Position numbers and translations under genes: made by a program. A stretch of 64,000 nt of DNA from Elsinoe ampelina (lineage: Eukaryota): contig ML992501.1 in assembly GCA_010093995.1 (NCBI GenBank), forward strand, positions 330,227 to 394,226, in the 5' to 3' direction. Of the stretch, positions 34,624 to 46,700 are shown piece after piece; the stretch's first letter is position 1; the number at the start of each line of letters is the position of its first letter. The notes under the pieces were generated by a model. That model did no database searches. It was not told the origin of the DNA and saw only the letters and a program-made list of their open reading frames with translations.

Positions 34624-36596
34624 TTAACTCTCCTCCGGCACAGACGGCTGCCCACCATTGCCCCCCAACGACGCCCTCACCCCCTCCCTCGGCGGCGGAC
34701 TAATCACACTCCCACTCCTCTGGCTCGCAGCAATACTCCCCCGTCTACTCGTGGCTCTACTCCCTCCCCCCGCCTCGGCTTCCCGTTCCAAGAAGTCAGA
34801 CCATAGTTCCGCGAGCGATTCTCTGCTTTGCTGGCCGGTGGGATTGTCGATGTAGTCTGTTGACAGAGAAGGGGTGCTGGGTGTGCGACGGAAGGGAGAG
34901 AGGGGGACGCGGAGTTGGGCGTTGGAGGCGCCGGGGCGGGAGAGGCCTGCTTGTTCGCGTTGTTCTGTAGACGAGTCAGCCACGGAAAGGAGTACGGGCT
35001 CGGAGGGATGAGCGTACCGTCACTCCAGCCCAGCAGGGCTGCTATGAGCTGCAGGATCTGGAATTTCTTAGGGTCGCTTCTGTCCAGGGCGAGGAAGTGG
35101 AGGAAGTGGTTGGTGACGATCTGGCGGTCGACGTTGTCTTCTGGCTTGCCGCGTTTGAGGAAGCGGAGGGCTTTGGTGAGGTGGTCGTTGAGGATGACGG
35201 CTTCGTGGCGGAGTTTGCCGATGAGAAGGTTCTTCTCTTTGACCTCTTTCTCGAAGGGAAGGGCGCGTTGGAGTTCGCGCTTTGTGGTTTCGAGTTGCTC
35301 GGCGGCTGTGGTAGCGCGTTGGGCGGCTTCATCAGCTTGCTTCTTTAGAGCTTCGAGTTTAGACTCGGATGCTTCGACTGTCTCCCGCAGTTCTCGCTTT
35401 CGTGCTATGAGAATGTCAGTAATAGACAGCTCTGGGGTCTCGAGGACCGTACCTTCTTGTATCTCCTGAAGCGCTCTCTGGAGTCCCTCAACAGTGTTGT
35501 TCAGCACGTCCCGCTCGTTTATGGCTCGCTCATATGCTTCCCGATGTGACATGACCTGATCTTCAAGCTCCCCAACCTTTTCACTTAGAGATTCTCGCAG
35601 TGATCGCTCTTCCATAGCCAGTACTTCCCAATCCTGCATTGCTTGCTTCGCATTCTCAAACTCTTCCTTTGCATATGCCAATTGCGAATTAAGCTCATCC
35701 CTCTCTTTCGAAAAGTTGGTGGTAGATAGATTGGATCTGCTTCGTATCGAGTCGACTTCTGTCTTTTGAGAATTAAGCTCATTCTGGAGCTTTGTGATTG
35801 TCTGTTGTCTGTCATCTTGCGCCTTGCGGAGGTCCGAGTTCTTCTGTTCTAATTCTTCTATCTGGGATCGAGCGATCGAAAGCTCTTCCTATGTCATCGT
35901 TAGGTGCTGCATAGCAATGGGGTGAACATCGACGTACAGCATCTGCCTTCAATCTGTCTCCGAGCTGTGTTCTTATGGTGTTGACCCGTCCGAGTAGCGT
36001 CTGATACTGTGTATTGGCCTTTTCCTTTCCTGCCTCTGCCTCTTCCTTCTCTTCTCGTATCGACGACAGTTCTTCTTCGTGCTTCGATTGTATCCCTTCT
36101 AGTGACTTTCGAAGTTGCACCACTTCTGCTCGTAGTGTGTCTCTTTCCTTCTCGGCAGCATCGAGTCTTGCACTCACGTCGTGTCCAGCGGCCGCTTTCG
36201 CAGGGTGATCTCCATTGCGTATAGGTAAGTCCTTCGAGACCTCTTCCGCTGGGGTCTCTATGCTGCTCTCGACCACGGACTGATTCTGCTATGGTCAATG
36301 CATGATTCTGGCAGTATGGTTGCTGATCGTACTCTGGACGGATCTGCATCTTCCTCCCCTTCCTCTTCTGCCTCGTCGTCCTCGACAGGCCCATTGCTCG
36401 TCTCAATCGCTTGTGTCCCTTCATCTCCGTTTGTGCTTTTTTCTCCGCCCTTCTTCTTGTTCTTCCTCTTCTTTTTCGAGGCTGTTGGAAGTGACGCGTC
36501 AGCTATATGCAATCACGGCTTGCTGCACTGGCGACTCCAGGATTGGTGAAACGCACCTGATTTTGACCCTGTATCTGCATCGGGGCTGGGCGCCAT
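34624..36596 (-). CDS. RUD3: Golgi matrix coiled-coil protein with GRAB domain (Rud3/GMAP-210-like), multi-exon
   Basis: ATG at 36596; long coiled coils; EKEVKEKNLLIGKLRHEAVILNDHLTKALRFLK, DNVDRQIVTN..L.FL...R.DPKKFQILQLIAALLGW, ESLAELWSDFLERE. Confidence 0.88.
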
Positions 36597-37184
36597 GATG
36601 ACCGCGAGAACCACTCAAGAATTCTTCGAAGGATTCGCAAATCAATGGACTCGATATATCCAACCGTAAATAGCACACGTAGCTTCAGTTTCACATGGCT
36701 GGAGCCGCATCCAAGGATCTGTCAGGGCACATCCCCCACACTTTCTGTCCCGGCGGGACGACATTGGTAAGCGAGCGAATCAACGATGACCAGTTCTCCA
36801 TCACAACCACGACTCTCCATCTGATGTCACCTTGCAAAGAACGGCTTCGATTTGGAAGACAACCCACAAATTACATGGTGATCCTCCGCTTGACCGGGCG
36901 CCATTGTAGATCATCCACCATCCCTGGTGACTGGGTCTGCCACTTGCACACCTTCGTCTGCGCCTGGTAGTGCTGGCGGCGGGGTTCATGGCTTCTAGAC
37001 CCTCGGAACACGTTCTTCTCCATGTCTTGCCCCTCCGTGACAATGATTAAGGTTTATACTAGCACAGCAAGGTATAGCTCTTAGTTCTCATATACCTTGT
37101 GCTCGTCCGCTGTTGAGCATGAGGCTCCTCACCTTCTTCACCAGTCAAGCAAGCACGTTTACACGCCTCGCCTAATCATTCATC

Positions 37185-38345
37185 ATGGCAGCAGCAGCAG
37201 TCGACAATTCAGCAAGCTTCTCAGTCCATCCTGCGGGTCCCCAAGAGAATACCACCAGCGCAGAGCTCAGTGACCTGAGTGACCGCAAGTACCTACGCTG
37301 GGACTCCCCTGGTGTAGAGAAGATCCCGTCCGGCGAAGAGGATGACATCAAAGCCGTCGCAGAGCAGATCAACCTCATCCAACGTACTCACTACAACAAG
37401 ACTCGCCACAGCTATGGTGGTACACATGCCCGCACTCAAGGCATTGTGAAAGGCACCTTTGTCGTCAAGGATGACCTACCACCTCACCTCAAGCAGACCG
37501 AGCTCTTCTCCAACGGCGGAAGCTACCCAGCAGTCTGCAGATACTCCACCGAACCAGGCGACCCCGGCCAAGACGACCGCATCCCCAACCCCCGCGGCTT
37601 CGCCATGAAGCTCTTCAACGTCCACGGCGACATGTTCGACGCCGGCGCCGACTTACCCACGCAAGACATCGAATTCAACTCCACACCCGCCCTCGACCTC
37701 GCCGACGCCAAAACCACCAAAGAAATCATCGCCCTCCGCATCGCCCACGGCGCCAACCAATCCGAGCTCTACAAACACCTCGAAGCCCGCCCGGACACCG
37801 ACCTGCAAAAAGGCCGCGACAAAGTCCACAACACCCACCTCTCCTCGACCCGCCAGTACTCCCAAACCGCCTACCGCTTCGGCGACTACGTCATAAAGTA
37901 CTGCCTCGTGCCCTCCACCCCGACCCAGCAAAAGATGTTCTCCGAAACCGTCCGCCCCGACCACACAGACGACGTGCTGCACCACTGGCTCCGCGCCTTC
38001 CACGCCCAGCACGACGCGGAGTACCTCTTCCAGGTGCAGCTGCTGGAGAATCTGGACGATCAGCCGGTGGAGTACGCGGGGAAAGTCTGGGATGCGGAGA
38101 AGTACCCGTGGCAGACGGTTGCGACGCTGAAGATTCCCAGGCAGGAGAGTTTTGATTATGAACGCAAGTCGTTTTGGGAGGATCATATGCGGGTGGATCC
38201 GTGGTATGGGTTGAAGAGTTTGCAGCCGCTGGGGGGGTCGAATCGGTTGAGGAGGACGGTGTATGAGGCTAGTTCGAGGTTGAGGCGGGAGTTGAATGGG
38301 AGGAAGCAGGTGGGGGTGAAGAGTATTGATGAGGTTCCGAATTGA
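37185..38345 (+). CDS. Catalase-related heme protein (small monofunctional catalase-like family)
   Basis: Distal His motif GTHARTQG, RYST, PRGFAMK, IEFNS, YSQTAYRFG, PLGGSNRLRRTVY (RxxxY proximal Tyr); intronless, 386 aa. Confidence 0.85.
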   Translation: MAAAAVDNSASFSVHPAGPQENTTSAELSDLSDRKYLRWDSPGVEKIPSGEEDDIKAVAEQINLIQRTHYNKTRHSYGGTHARTQGIVKGTFVVKDDLPPHLKQTELFSNGGSYPAVCRYSTEPGDPGQDDRIPNPRGFAMKLFNVHGDMFDAGADLPTQDIEFNSTPALDLADAKTTKEIIALRIAHGANQSELYKHLEARPDTDLQKGRDKVHNTHLSSTRQYSQTAYRFGDYVIKYCLVPSTPTQQKMFSETVRPDHTDDVLHHWLRAFHAQHDAEYLFQVQLLENLDDQPVEYAGKVWDAEKYPWQTVATLKIPRQESFDYERKSFWEDHMRVDPWYGLKSLQPLGGSNRLRRTVYEASSRLRRELNGRKQVGVKSIDEVPN

Positions 38346-38592
38346 AGGGGTTTTAAGAGGGAGATAGTTGGGCAGGAGCGGAGAGGTGGAACGCGATGGC
38401 TCGGAGGGTGGTCCGTTGAGGGTGTTCGTCGATCTCGCATACTCTACAGCTATCTATTCATCTCATGTCGCCAACCTCGTGTCATCTACTGTTCCTCAAC
38501 TGACCCCGGACGCCGTACTTTCCTCGTCGAGAAACGCCCGTTGAGGTGCGTGTCAGAAACGCAATCATGATTATCGTTCATCCCTGTGCTGC

Positions 38593-40570
38593 TCAAGAAG
38601 TCTGCAATGTGACCTGCCCAACTCCTTTCCCTACCTCTTCCACGGCTGTGCCAGCTTTCGGATCACTCTCTTTCCCTCCTTTCTCCGCTGATTCAACACC
38701 CTTCCCCTCGGCGGCAATCGTACCAGCCTTCTTGGCCTTTTTCCTTTCCTTCTCTGCCTTCCTGGCTGCTGCCTTTGCTTCCTTCTCCGCCTTGGCTTTC
38801 CGCGCTTCCTCACCACCAAACATCTCGCGCCACTCCTTCTCCTTTTCCGGCTTGATCTGGCTGAAGAGATACTGTGCTTGTCCGATCTTGTGGCCTGGCT
38901 TGATACCATCTCCGTTCCATGTCTCAGGGATGAAGAGAACGTCAGAATTCAGCTGTTCGAGAATGTTGCGGGCTGTGGCTGGCATGTATGGGGCCCAGAC
39001 GCTGGCGAGGAGGTGTACATGGTTGAGCGCCAGACCGACAACCGCCGCGCAGCGTTCAGGCTGCTCTTTTGCAAGGGCGTTGTCAAGCTTGTTGTGTTGA
39101 AGGAGACGGTTGCCGAGGTAAGAGAGGTGAAGTGCAGTGGAGAGACCCTGACGGAGCTTGACCGCTTCCATCTCTTCTTCGTACTTCTGCAGAGTCTCGT
39201 TGACGTCTTTCCGGTGCTGAGCTAGTTGACCGTCCTCGTCAGCATATTTGGTGTAGTCTGGCACAACGCTGTCGTAGTTGGCGCTGTTGACGAACTTGAT
39301 CACACGGTTGACAAAATTGCCAAGGTTCTTGAGGAGCTCATTGTTGTTCGCAGCAATGAAGCCGTCCCATTCGAATTCAGTATCGCCAGTCTCAGGCCGA
39401 TGAGACAGCAGGTAGTAACGCCAGACATCGGCGGGAATGCCGGTGTCTTTGGCAGCAGACCCGAAGACACCAATTCCACGAGATTTTGAAAACTTGCCTT
39501 TCTCATAGTTGAGATATTCGGTTGTGGATAGATGGTGAAGCTTCGTCCATTTATCACCAGTACCAATTTGAGACGAAGGAAAGACGACTGTGTGGAAGGG
39601 GACGTTATCCTTGCCCATGAATTGGTAGAGGTTGACATTGTCGGGATCTCGCCACCACTTCTCCCATTGTGTTGTGTAATTGGCGGTGATACTGACATAA
39701 CCGATGCAAGCATCGAACCAGACGTACAGAACCTTGTCTTCGTATCCGGGAAGTGGAACCGCCGTACCCCATTTGAGATCGCGTGTGATACCACGAGGTT
39801 TTAAACCCTCGTTCAGCCATGACTCTGTGATGTTGATCCCGTTGGAAGACCATGCTCCCTTCTTGCTACTCTCGCTCGACCATTCCTTGACCTGTTGTTC
39901 CAGCTTATCCAGCAGCAGAAATACGTGCTTTGTTTCCCGAGCTACAGGGGCTGCACCGTCCAGCTTACACCGTGGATTCTTGAGGTCCAATGGGTCGAGA
40001 AGGTGTCCACACTTGTCGCACTGATCTCCTCGCGCATCCTCGTAACCACAGAGCGGACATGTTCCCTCCACAAATCGGTCCGCCAGGAACGCATTGTGCT
40101 TCTCGCAATACGGCTGTACTGTCGTCCGCTCCTCAAGATATCCATTCTTCTTCAGCTTCAAGAATATGTCTTGAGCAATGTCGGTCTGCTGTTGTGTGGG
40201 TGTTCGGCCAAAGATGTCAAAGCCGATTTCGAACCAGTCGTAGACTTCGGCATGTAGCTTGTTGTACTTGTCGCACAGCTCCTGAGGTGTGAGCTTTTCC
40301 TCGATCGCTTTCGTCTCAGTCGCTGTGCCGTACTCGTCTGTCCCGCAAACGAAGAGAGTATTGTAGTCTCGTGCTTTGCAATACCTGCGAGCATGAGTCA
40401 CTGTTCACAATTGTGCTGTGGGAAGCTCACCGGGAAAAGACATCTGCGGACAATACACTGCCAATGATGTTCCCAAGATGCGGCACGTTATTCACATATG
40501 GCAGAGCAGATGTGACCAAGATATTCCTCTTCCCCGGTTCTGGTAGTATTTCCTTCTTTTCCCCGGCCAT
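38593..40570 (-). CDS. MES1: Cytosolic methionyl-tRNA synthetase; exons 40570-40431, 40384-38593
   Basis: [16 protein letters not shown] (HIGH-type), GTDEYG, Zn knuckle CPLC/CDKC, YVWFDA, KFSKS; intron 40385-40430. Confidence 0.96.
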
Positions 40571-41125
40571 GATCGCGTGCCGGTCAGCAAGTGTTGATGG
40601 TGACGAAAGACTGATTAATTTCGAATGTCGGAAAATCCGATGAGCCTGTACTGTGAAGTCGAAGGAGGAGACCTCACACGCAGTCGAATTGGTCAATGGT
40701 CAAGGTCCAGGAATCGCGGTGTGATTGAGGAGCCTTGGAGTGTTTTGCAGCTCTGCGAGTATCGGCGTAGTGGGGTAGGCCGCTGGAAGCATGACTCGCC
40801 GCAAACACCCGCTGACGTCTTCAGGCACAACCTACGTCTCCCGCTCTTCTGTCTCGAGCATTGGTTCAAGATGCATTTTCAATCGTCAGATCACAGCAGC
40901 CATCTGTGAAGCCACGGTTATTCATGATGCTGGATTCGAGTCTGGGGATTGCTGCTGGATTTATGGCGCAGAGCGCTGCGGCCGAAGAAAGCTGAAGCCC
41001 ATGTTTCAAGCTCTTCAGCTGGAAGGGTTCTACCAAAGTCGTGTCCGCCGACCAGGTATATTGCTTAGCTCGGCGCCCTCTTGCTCGACGATTCTACAAT
41101 CGCTTAAGATCTACACGTCTCGTTC

Positions 41126-41901
41126 ATGATGGAGCAACCACTACCGAGTTACAATCACACCGTCACGAGGATCCGGCTGATTGGTCCTGCACAAGTCAAG
41201 GAGAATCCTTTTTGGGACACCACATTCCAGAAACTGTCTGCCTCCGGGAGCGAAGCGATTACATGGGGCTCTAACAAAGAGGATCCTGCCCATCTTATCA
41301 TAATCACCGGTATGTCGAACCCCTTTCAGCGAAAAATGGTACTAAGACTCGGCATGAAGAATGGCCGTCAACCATGACGATCAAAGAAGAGATCGAGCAT
41401 ATGGCTCTCGCTCTCGATCCTATGGATTATCTTTTTGCTTCGGCCCCAGAGACACATCATTGCCGCCTCAGTTGTCATAAATTCCGGCCCATGCGTCACT
41501 ACCTCCAGGAACTCGTCCTCATTACCGGCAAGTCAAGCCTGGTCACCCAGGAGATTATATCCGCTGCCGATCTCTTCGTGCAACGAGTAATGCCTCAAAT
41601 CGGTCACGATCCTCCGATCGAGTTGGGCGGATACGTCCGGGGTATCACAGCACTAGAGCCTGGTTGTGAATCGAATACCGCGGTCATCATCTGGCAGTGG
41701 GTCGACGAGAGTAAGCGTTCGCGCCTGGTCGATCCTGACACAGATTCCTATGGGGGTGCTTCTCAATACCAGGAGATCATCGAGCATGATCAGCGTATGC
41801 TTGAAGCAGCAGGAGTTAGCATCACCAAGGTGCTGTTGAAGCTGCAACGTTGGTTCCCTCCAAGAGAGCCTCCCAAATCGAGACGATGCGTGATACTTTG
41901 A
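41126..41901 (+). CDS. Hypothetical protein, possibly dimeric alpha-beta barrel (ABM-like), ending in CaaX; exons 41126-41309, 41360-41901
   Basis: Intron 41310-41359 joins the two ORFs; WG..KEDP..LIII.EW pattern; C-terminus RRCVIL*. Confidence 0.62.
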
Positions 41902-41954
41902 CTCTACATATACATATTCAGGATATGTTGATCGAGAGAGCGTTCAAGGCGCGT

Positions 41955-42420
41955 TCAAGGCCTGTCCTTTGGACCAGTCCTACTCGGATAGAAACCTGGA
42001 TCAAAATCAGCCTCGTACGGACGCATTGAAGCGGTGACATACATCGCAACAGCGAACCATGCGTAAGCATCGGCTGTTCGTGATGCCCGCCATGGATCGT
42101 GTTTTGCTAGGTTGAACACAAGCTGGACTCCATAGGTCTTCAAACCTTCGACTGGCTTGCCATCCGCGTCCACAGCGGCCTGATCTGGCAAATCATTCGG
42201 GGCTGGCCACGACCCATGGAAATGAGCTCTGCAACATGTCAGCCTCTGGGCGACCCGTGGTACAAGCCTTCTTACAACTCATGGACCCAGGTATGCGAGA
42301 GAGATTTTTCATGTCTATACATAGTGGTACCCAGGCTTAGAGGTTTCACAACTTCGTCGGTAATGCGCACACAGGCAATGTCCCGACGGAATGAGGCCGA
42401 GAACCATGCCTCATCGCTCT
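41955..42420 (-). pseudogene. 5'-truncated HExxH zinc metallopeptidase remnant (M35/aspzincin-like)
   Basis: Intron 42229-42275 yields HTWVHELAHFHG, followed by YG..LV.NLA......TADAYAWFA. An in-frame TAA lies at ~42422 and no N-terminal part is found. Confidence 0.68.
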
Positions 42421-42492
42421 CTTATTATGCGAGAGTACCCACCTTGTTTCTCTCATTGACCGTATCTTTGTTTTACTTTCATCTTACTACCC

Positions 42493-44872
42493 ATGCTGTT
42501 CTTATTCTTGACCCTTACCGCGGGTGGCTTCGCTGCACCTCAGGCCACCGGCTCTACGCCAATCACAACCTCTGTAGTAACAGTGACGGATGGTCCTACA
42601 ACCGTGATGTTCCAAGCGTCTCGTGTATCTGACTTTACCAAGTACGCGGGAATCACTGAGCCGGTGACCACGACCTTCAATGATCAAGTTTCGGCAGTCT
42701 ACAAGGACGGATTCGTCTGGATCGCCCCTGAAGCTACTGGCAAGCTGCCAAATGTCCCTGCAGAGTATATTCCAACCACAGTCGCTGCTGGTAGCACAAT
42801 CGTCGCAACAGCGGATGTCGGTTTGTGGCACCTGACTTTGACAGGTCAGATTTCATCAGCTGACCCCGGCGCTAGGCAATCCGCCCATGGTCATATCCTA
42901 CACTGCTTCACAGGACACAGCCCGTACTATAATCACTAGCCAAACTGTTGTCGATGGGGTCACAGTCTTTCCCTTTGGCTGGATATGGGTACCCATTCCG
43001 CCGCCTGGTGGACTCCCGCCAATGCTGCCTACTCCCCCGCCAGAGGCAATCCCTCCAAAAGCATCACGAGCCCCTGAGCAGAGCGGGTGCCCAAGCCGAC
43101 AGACTCCTACTGCAACAGTCATTATCTCATACCCAACAGACGACACTGGAGCCTTTAGGGCTACTACCATCACCGAGCAGCCCCCGTATGTAGACGTCAG
43201 AGATAAGCGTTGAACGTTACTGACGAGCTGACAGTGCGCCTCAGGGTACGTGTCTGGCGCAAGAGACCACGACTACTTCGACGGCCAGTTTCTCCATGCC
43301 TAGTGTCAATGTCTACACGGGGCCGGGCGAAGATCCGCCTCCTGCAGACGGACCACACAAGATCGACATGGTCGTTCAGGACTATTTGAATGATCTCTTC
43401 CAAGAGCTCGGATTCACCGATGATGAGACGTCGATAGCACTTCCTAAGGCGACTTGTGTGGACACTACTTATGATCGGGCTGTACCAAGTGCAGCGGCAT
43501 TCGTAGCTGGTCTATCATCTCGCTTCTGTGACGACTGGATGGCAAAACCATCAGACTTACTGACCAAGACGTACACGGCCAAAGATGCAAAGACGAGACG
43601 AAAGCGGGGCGGGTTTACGCTTGAAAGACGAACTCCACCGCTAGCACCATTGCGACCAGACTCATACCCTGGCTGGTCTGTTGAATTTGAATGGAAGCCT
43701 GACCAAGTCACTGAAGAGTGTTCGACCACCAATCACTGCAGTAGTAGACTTTCAGGGCTACTGTCCGGCTGCCAGGGGTAAGTCCGCTCGAAGACCAATT
43801 CGCGCGATAGAGCTGACGACCATGCAGGTTCTCGCTGGCCGATGCATACAAAGGTGGTAGTATTCAAGACCAATGCGGAACGTGAGCCAGATCTAGCAGA
43901 AGTTTCCTGACAGACCGATTGACGAACCCTCCAGATTCTCATACGCTTTAAAGGGCTACGAAGGCACAGAGTTGACATGCGCCACTTCCCTCAATCCCAA
44001 TTGGCAGAGCTACATCCACCGAGAAGATGCTCTCACCGCTATCGAGAACTTTTGCTCAGCTCAAGACGGGAAGGCGGTACAACAGAGTGACTCGGCCACC
44101 CACATCAAGGAGACTCTTTTCTCCATCAGCTTCGCCGAAAACTGCCAAAGCCGGACTGGAGGTAGCTTCACCGTCCGAAAGAACGATTGCGTCAAATGGC
44201 TCACCGAGTCTCTCGACTCCTGCGACACCGACACCATCATGTACAAGCATGGCGGTACAGTCAAGGACATCATGAGCTGTGCCACAATCTCAATGCATCC
44301 CACCGGCTTCGACCAGTTCCTCTGCTACCCAGAGAATACACAGCACGGCTTCGCAGTCGACAGAGGCATCAGTGTCAGCCCTCCAGGTGGCACAGGACGC
44401 GATTACACAGTTCTATAATCGTCCAGGAGGGGGAAACAAGTACACCCTCGATCCAGGCAAGATACCAGATCTGACCAAATTCGTCGGTGATACGTGCAAG
44501 GAGGACGGCTTTGCGGAGTGTACTTATTACTACCACAAAGATGGCAGTAGAGCGACGAAAGCTGGAGAAGTAGGCGATATGCGTCTCATGTTGCAGGCGA
44601 AGTACTTTGACAATCCTGCTTGTGCGGCGAGACAAGTGTATGAGGTTCAGGGTGAAAGGTACGTTATAGTGTCCCGCCGGCAGAAATTGAAGTAGAACCT
44701 TTACTGATCGATCGATTTCAGGTGTCAAGCGAACTTGAACAAGCTTATTGGGATAGGGTCTCAAGGGCAATGCGTCGGTACGGATCCCAATGCGTTGCAG
44801 CTTGGGACTTTTGTGGAAGCTGGTGGTAAAGGCTGTGTGGCATGGACGTTCTCGGCTGTCGCCACGCACTGA
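42493..44872 (+). pseudogene. Secreted Thr/Pro-rich protein with three Cys-rich repeated domains; apparent +1 frameshift at ~44383
   Basis: Signal peptide; introns at 42821-42875, 43186-43234, ~43778-43828, ~43882-43934, ~44659-44721; repeated FC...C...C...GG...C modules; third module out of frame. Confidence 0.7.
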
Positions 44873-44970
44873 GAACCGCACCGAGAACCCATCATCCCCC
44901 ATATAGCAGTAGAGTCTGCAAACGACGATTGTCCAGGGTGTGAAGAAGGAGCAGCTTCTCTGACTCTACA

Positions 44971-45348
44971 CTACACCGCAGAGCTTGGTTGTGGGGATAG
45001 CAAAGCGGGCATTGCGAAATCTAGCACCAGCTTCTGGCGTCTGAAGAGGATCCAAAGCGAGACACTACTGCCGAGAGCAGCCACAAGATAATACAAAATC
45101 TGCCACAGCGGTATTTGGCGGTCCTGCGCAGACTTGGTCCAGGTGAAGCGTTCGGAAGTGCGAATGACCATCCAGAAACACACGGCGTGTGCTAACAAGA
45201 GTGCAGCAACGTAGGGAATGAAAGTGCTCACAACGGTAAGGTCGATTGTGGCGTCCTTTCTCATCAAACTCATTCCGCGTGCAAGATATGCTGGTATAGA
45301 CCAGCCTACTAGGCCGTGGATGATGGGTGGTGCTGGTAAGACCGGCAA
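44971..45348 (-). other. Hydrophobic ORF fragment with about three TM-like segments (possible gene remnant)
   Basis: Hydrophobic stretches such as FIPYVAALLLAHAVCFW and ILYYLVAALGSSVSLWILF; ORF opens at TTG, and only an internal ATG is present. Confidence 0.3.
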
Positions 45349-45869
45349 CCCTCAAGTAGACATGGCGTCACCTGAGCAGGGACAAGGATGACCATGAGAC
45401 CAGACTTTGTAGAGAGGTGGCAGACCACGGAGGGTTGCTACCAACATGCTTCGGCGGCGAAAGCTATGCGAAGGCGCAAGAAAGCTGCATAGCCGTTTGT
45501 ATGACTTTTCCCAGTAAGGTCTAGAGGACCAACCAGATCGCCGCAAGGTGTCGGTCCTTGAAGACACGATAGCCTTGACGACCAGTACTGTTCGTCCTTC
45601 TCTGCCCTTTACAGCGCTCGGTCGCACCCATCCTCGCCAGCCCCATCGAGAATATCCTAATTTATTACCAGCGAGCAGTGATGTCGAGGAAGTCCAAGTC
45701 AAAGTCCCCAACCGGGCATCAAATTTTTCCACCGCCCCGCACCACCACCGCAGCCCCACCTCCGCCCTCTCTTTTCCTGCCAACCCCTCCAATTTTCCCC
45801 TCCATACCTTCCCGTCGACGTGCAAGAACGTCGTCCTTCACTGCTCTCATCACGGAATAGGTAATCAAT

Positions 45870-46580
45870 ATGGCCGCCGACTTCCCATCCACCTCTCCCC
45901 CAGCCCCTCTGGCCCCCGCGCATCCCGCAGCCTCTACAGAAACCGACGACCCTTTCGACTCCCTCCTAACCCTCGAGTCACAATTCCACGCAGAAGGCTA
46001 CGCTCTCGGCGTCGCCGACGGGTCCAAAGCGGGGCGCATCGAAGGCCGCATCTTCGGCATGCAGAAAGGATTTGAGAAGTTCGCCGCAATGGGGAAGCTC
46101 GCCGGGCAGGTGGCGGTTTGGGAGGGGAGGATGATGGTTCGCTCTCCCAGCAATGACGGGCAGGGAGGGAAAGGGAGTGGGGAGGCGGATAGGGAGGAGA
46201 AGGTAGAGGAGGGGTCAAATGTGATTACTGCTTCTGCATCGACCTCTCATGGAGTGGCGGCTGAGGGGAGCAATGACGAGGCTATGAGACAGTCGAAGGA
46301 GGAGAGACTTGTTTTGCCGCCGATTCAGCATAATGAGCGACTCCAGAAACACATCGCCACTCTCGCGGCCCTGACGGAAGCTGCCTCGTTGGACACGCAG
46401 AACACAGAGGAGGCAGTCTCCGACTTCGACGACCGCCTCAAGCGAGCAGAGGGCAAGGCGAAGATCATAGCTAGTATCATCGGGGAAGCACGGCCGATAA
46501 GCAAAGAGGGAGGGTCACGGCAGAAGAGAGACGCCGGGTCGAATATGGAGGACTTTACTTTGCCACGGTCGGGAATATGA
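45870..46580 (+). CDS. LTO1: Lto1/ORAOV1-like protein (Yae1_N domain)
   Basis: DPFDSLLTLESQFHAEGYALGVADG..AGRIEGR.FG..KGFEKF deca-GX3 pattern; NTEEAVSDFDDRLKRA. Confidence 0.82.
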   Translation: MAADFPSTSPPAPLAPAHPAASTETDDPFDSLLTLESQFHAEGYALGVADGSKAGRIEGRIFGMQKGFEKFAAMGKLAGQVAVWEGRMMVRSPSNDGQGGKGSGEADREEKVEEGSNVITASASTSHGVAAEGSNDEAMRQSKEERLVLPPIQHNERLQKHIATLAALTEAASLDTQNTEEAVSDFDDRLKRAEGKAKIIASIIGEARPISKEGGSRQKRDAGSNMEDFTLPRSGI

Positions 46581-46700
46581 GAGTTTATTCATGGGGTTGG
46601 TATCATCTAATCATAATCGACGCCGGGCCATGCTTTGTCATGTCTGTCTGGTAGTTTAGGTCAAGAATGGAGAGCGCTTGAGAGGCATGGGAGGGATGCG

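Noticed and set aside
30808..38345. Possible secondary-metabolite cluster (P450, hydrolase, catalase-like)
   Set aside because: No backbone enzyme (PKS, NRPS, terpene synthase), transporter or cluster TF; housekeeping genes are interspersed.
40571..40696. In-frame upstream extension of MetRS as a possible non-AUG mitochondrial isoform
   Set aside because: Contains acidic residues and is less presequence-like than the MYG1 case; fungi generally have a separate mitochondrial MetRS.
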